Below, in pieces: positions 61,571-64,000 of a DNA stretch of 64,000 bases (position 1 is the stretch's first letter; each line of letters starts with the position of its first letter). The stretch comes from Flavobacteriales bacterium DA487. GTDB lineage: Bacteria > Bacteroidota > Bacteroidia > Flavobacteriales_D > Sanyastnellaceae. Under the pieces are notes generated by a model. That model ran no database searches and was not told the DNA's origin. It was given only the letters and a program-made list of their open reading frames with translations. The position numbers were made by a program, and so were the translations under genes. The stretch lies in assembly GCA_049334165.1 (NCBI GenBank), contig JBEGHD010000004.1; one strand, written 5' to 3'.

Positions 61571-62329
61571 ATGAGAAAACTCACACTCATATTCTTCATT
61601 CTGGCTTGCTCTTCACAAGTCATAGGGCAAATAGCCAACATTGAAAACAAACGTAAATCGCAGCGTGAAGAAGGCTTCTCTGGAAACATTAACATCGACT
61701 TTTCTTACGTAAAAAACCTCGAAGAAATCTATCAATTCGGTGGTACCGGCAGACTCTACTACTTCAAAAAGCAACATGGATTTATGCTTTTGGGAGACTC
61801 CAAAGTAGTTCAAACAGACGGAGAAGATTTGGTGAACAACAATTTTGAACACGTTCGATACAACCTGGCTTTGGACACCGCCCGAATCTTTGTGTTTGAG
61901 GCTTTTGAGCAATTGCAACAAAACAGAGTGCAAAACATCGACCTGAGAGCTCTGGCCGGCTCGGGAATGAGATTTTCTCTGGCCTCCACCGATTCAATTG
62001 CATTTTATCTGGGAGTAAGCGGTATGTACGAATACGAAGAATCTACTGAGTCAACTGAAATTGAACGCAACTGGCGCGCAAGTAGTTATTTGTCTGCAGA
62101 CTGGCAAGCCACCGAAAATTTCGGTATGAATCTCATCGTTTACTATCAGCCTGTCTTCAAAGATTTTCAGGACTATCGAATTAGTGGAGAGTTTGCACTG
62201 CGACTGAAAATAAGTGAAAAGCTCAGGTTCGTTTCTTCAGTGAATCTGGTTTACGACAATCGCCCGTTACCAAATATCCCAAACAACATCATCAATGTTA
62301 GCAACGGCCTTCGCTACAACTTCAATTAA
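61571..62329 (+). CDS. DUF481-family outer-membrane beta-barrel protein
   Basis: Signal peptide, alternating amphipathic strands, C-terminal ...RYNFN aromatic end. Confidence 0.55.
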   Translation: MRKLTLIFFILACSSQVIGQIANIENKRKSQREEGFSGNINIDFSYVKNLEEIYQFGGTGRLYYFKKQHGFMLLGDSKVVQTDGEDLVNNNFEHVRYNLALDTARIFVFEAFEQLQQNRVQNIDLRALAGSGMRFSLASTDSIAFYLGVSGMYEYEESTESTEIERNWRASSYLSADWQATENFGMNLIVYYQPVFKDFQDYRISGEFALRLKISEKLRFVSSVNLVYDNRPLPNIPNNIINVSNGLRYNFN

Positions 62330-62392
62330 AGCAAAAGTCTTATCGGAAATTCAGGATCGGATTAGAGTGACCTTTATTACCTTGCGCTACCA

Positions 62393-62920
62393 GTGAAAAA
62401 GACCACGGCCATATTACTTTTTTTCGCTCTCACCTTCCCGTTTTGGGGAAGCTTTGTGGCATTGCATATTCAGAAAGAAGCCTTGCAGCGAGAAATCAAA
62501 TGGTCGATTGCCGAAGGTTTGCCAAAATCACAACTTACCCAGCTCTCTTTTCAATCCGATGAAATTGACAGCCTGGTCAATTGGAAGCACAGCAAAGAGT
62601 TTGAATATGAAGGAGAGATGTTCGACATCGTCCAAACAGAAATCACTGGCGACAGCACTCACTTCTGGTGCTGGTGGGATAAGGAAGAGACGTTGCTGAA
62701 TAAAAGGATTGATAAGCTCGCTTACGTTGCCCTAAGTGGCGATGAAAAGACACACAAACAGCAGGAGCATTTTTTAATGTTTGTAAAGCTTTTGAATCTG
62801 CCGCCAAAAAATGTGACAAGCGCTGCAAGCTCTGAATTGGGAGTTACCCACGAAACTTCCGGAGAATTCAATATTCTGACTAACAACTCCGTCCCCGACA
62901 CTCCCCCACCAAAGTGCTAG
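62393..62920 (+). CDS. hypothetical membrane-anchored protein
   Basis: 175 aa with an N-terminal TM. Confidence 0.35.
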   Translation: MKKTTAILLFFALTFPFWGSFVALHIQKEALQREIKWSIAEGLPKSQLTQLSFQSDEIDSLVNWKHSKEFEYEGEMFDIVQTEITGDSTHFWCWWDKEETLLNKRIDKLAYVALSGDEKTHKQQEHFLMFVKLLNLPPKNVTSAASSELGVTHETSGEFNILTNNSVPDTPPPKC

Positions 62921-62989
62921 TTGATAAAACTGAAACTCAATTTTGCCGAAAAAGTATTATCAACTTTCACAAACAGAAAAATAATTTTA

Positions 62990-64000
62990 ATGAATAGAAT
63001 ATTTTTGATCGCAGCTCTGGTAGCTTTCTCCTACGGGCTACAGGCACAGGTGATCACAATCAAAGACAGACAGAGTAATGAGCCTCTCGAGCTCGTAACG
63101 CTGTCGAGTAATTCACCTCAGGCATTTGCCACAACCAATGCAAAGGGTGAAGTTAATATTGAAAAATTTAAAGGAGCTGAAAAAATCAAGATTACCCATG
63201 TAGGGCACAGAATGGAGGTGATTGATTATAGCAGTCTCTCACAGCTGCAAGGGCCGCTGCTACTCACGCCATCTAAAATCACGCTCGATCAGGTGGTGGT
63301 GTCAGCTACGCGCTGGAAACAATCACAAAGTGATATTCCGGCAAAAATCTCAACCATCTCTGCAGAAGATGTGGAACTTCAAAATCCACAGACTACGGCA
63401 GATCTGTTGGGTACTTCTGGAGAAGTTTTTATCCAGAAAAGCCAGCAAGGAGGCGGCAGCCCAATGATACGAGGATTCGCCACCAATCGTCTTTTGATAA
63501 GTGTGGATGGAGTGCGAATGAACACTGCAATTTTTAGAAGTGGAAACCTTCAAAATGTCATTTCGCTGGATCCGTTTGCCATAGAACGCACAGAAGTGCT
63601 TTTCGGCCCCGGCTCTGTGATTTATGGAAGTGATGCCATTGGAGGGGTGATGAGCTTCACAACACTCGACCCAGAACTGGGAGAGAGTAGCGAAGACCCT
63701 CTGATTAAAGGAAGTGGCTTGATGCGTTTCTCTTCTGCCAACAACGAGCAAACAGGTCACTTTGATGTGAACGTAGGATGGGAAAAATGGGCGATGGTAA
63801 CGAGCATCTCACACTTTAACTACGGAGACTTGAGAATGGGATCGGAAGGACCTGATGATTACTTGTCTGAGCAATATGTTCAGCGAATTGACAGTATGGA
63901 TCAGGTTGTAGATAACAAAGACCCATTGGTGCAGAAACCGACCGGTTACACTCAAACCAACATCATGCAAAAAGTTCGGTTTAAACCGAATGAACTGTGG
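62990..64000 (+). CDS. TonB-dependent receptor (CarbopepD_reg + plug), 5' partial; runs off window
   Basis: ATG at 62990. Signal peptide MNRIFLIAALVAFSYGLQAQ. VITIKD...CarbopepD_reg-like. Plug motifs (IRGFATNRLLISVDGVRMN). No stop before the window end. Confidence 0.7.
   Translation, partial: MNRIFLIAALVAFSYGLQAQVITIKDRQSNEPLELVTLSSNSPQAFATTNAKGEVNIEKFKGAEKIKITHVGHRMEVIDYSSLSQLQGPLLLTPSKITLDQVVVSATRWKQSQSDIPAKISTISAEDVELQNPQTTADLLGTSGEVFIQKSQQGGGSPMIRGFATNRLLISVDGVRMNTAIFRSGNLQNVISLDPFAIERTEVLFGPGSVIYGSDAIGGVMSFTTLDPELGESSEDPLIKGSGLMRFSSANNEQTGHFDVNVGWEKWAMVTSISHFNYGDLRMGSEGPDDYLSEQYVQRIDSMDQVVDNKDPLVQKPTGYTQTNIMQKVRFKPNELW

Overview
This 64-kb window looks like a Bacteroidetes (Flavobacteriia-like) chromosomal segment. 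Evidence for that includes T9SS C-terminal sorting domains, split transketolase, Bacteroidetes-type TAnnTTTG -7 promoter boxes and many signal-peptide lipoproteins. It is densely coding on both strands and mostly housekeeping or stress genes: msrA, TonB-dependent receptors, PfpI, dapA, a thermonuclease, typA/bipA, split transketolase, ychF, rhomboid, ftsB-like, clpC, gyrA, a two-component system, a cold-shock protein, two DEAD-box helicases, rtcB, FKBP, mazG, apbE with an nqrM-like gene, htpG, LemA-TPM-TPM, djlA-like, ybaB, 5-FCL, and a penicillin-acylase-family gene followed by three tandem paralogous CRTAC1/ASPIC-UnbV T9SS proteins. No rRNA, CRISPR array or transposase was recognised. The most unusual stretch is 29.9-35.0 kb. 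It holds an rtcB RNA ligase plus an SPFH protein, a 650-bp non-coding region packed with tRNA-derived fragments laid out as two anticodon-loop-split tRNA halves in permuted order, and a divergent HTH-WYL regulator fused to a PhyH-type Fe(II)/2OG dioxygenase. Other points of interest are a duplicated about 210-bp hairpin-rich intergenic element flanking a small lipoprotein gene (11.4-12.3 kb), a compound 20-bp-stem hairpin after dapA, and an AT-rich trio of unknown genes (47.0-48.7 kb). All calls are from reading the sequence and the ORF translations only. No database search was run.
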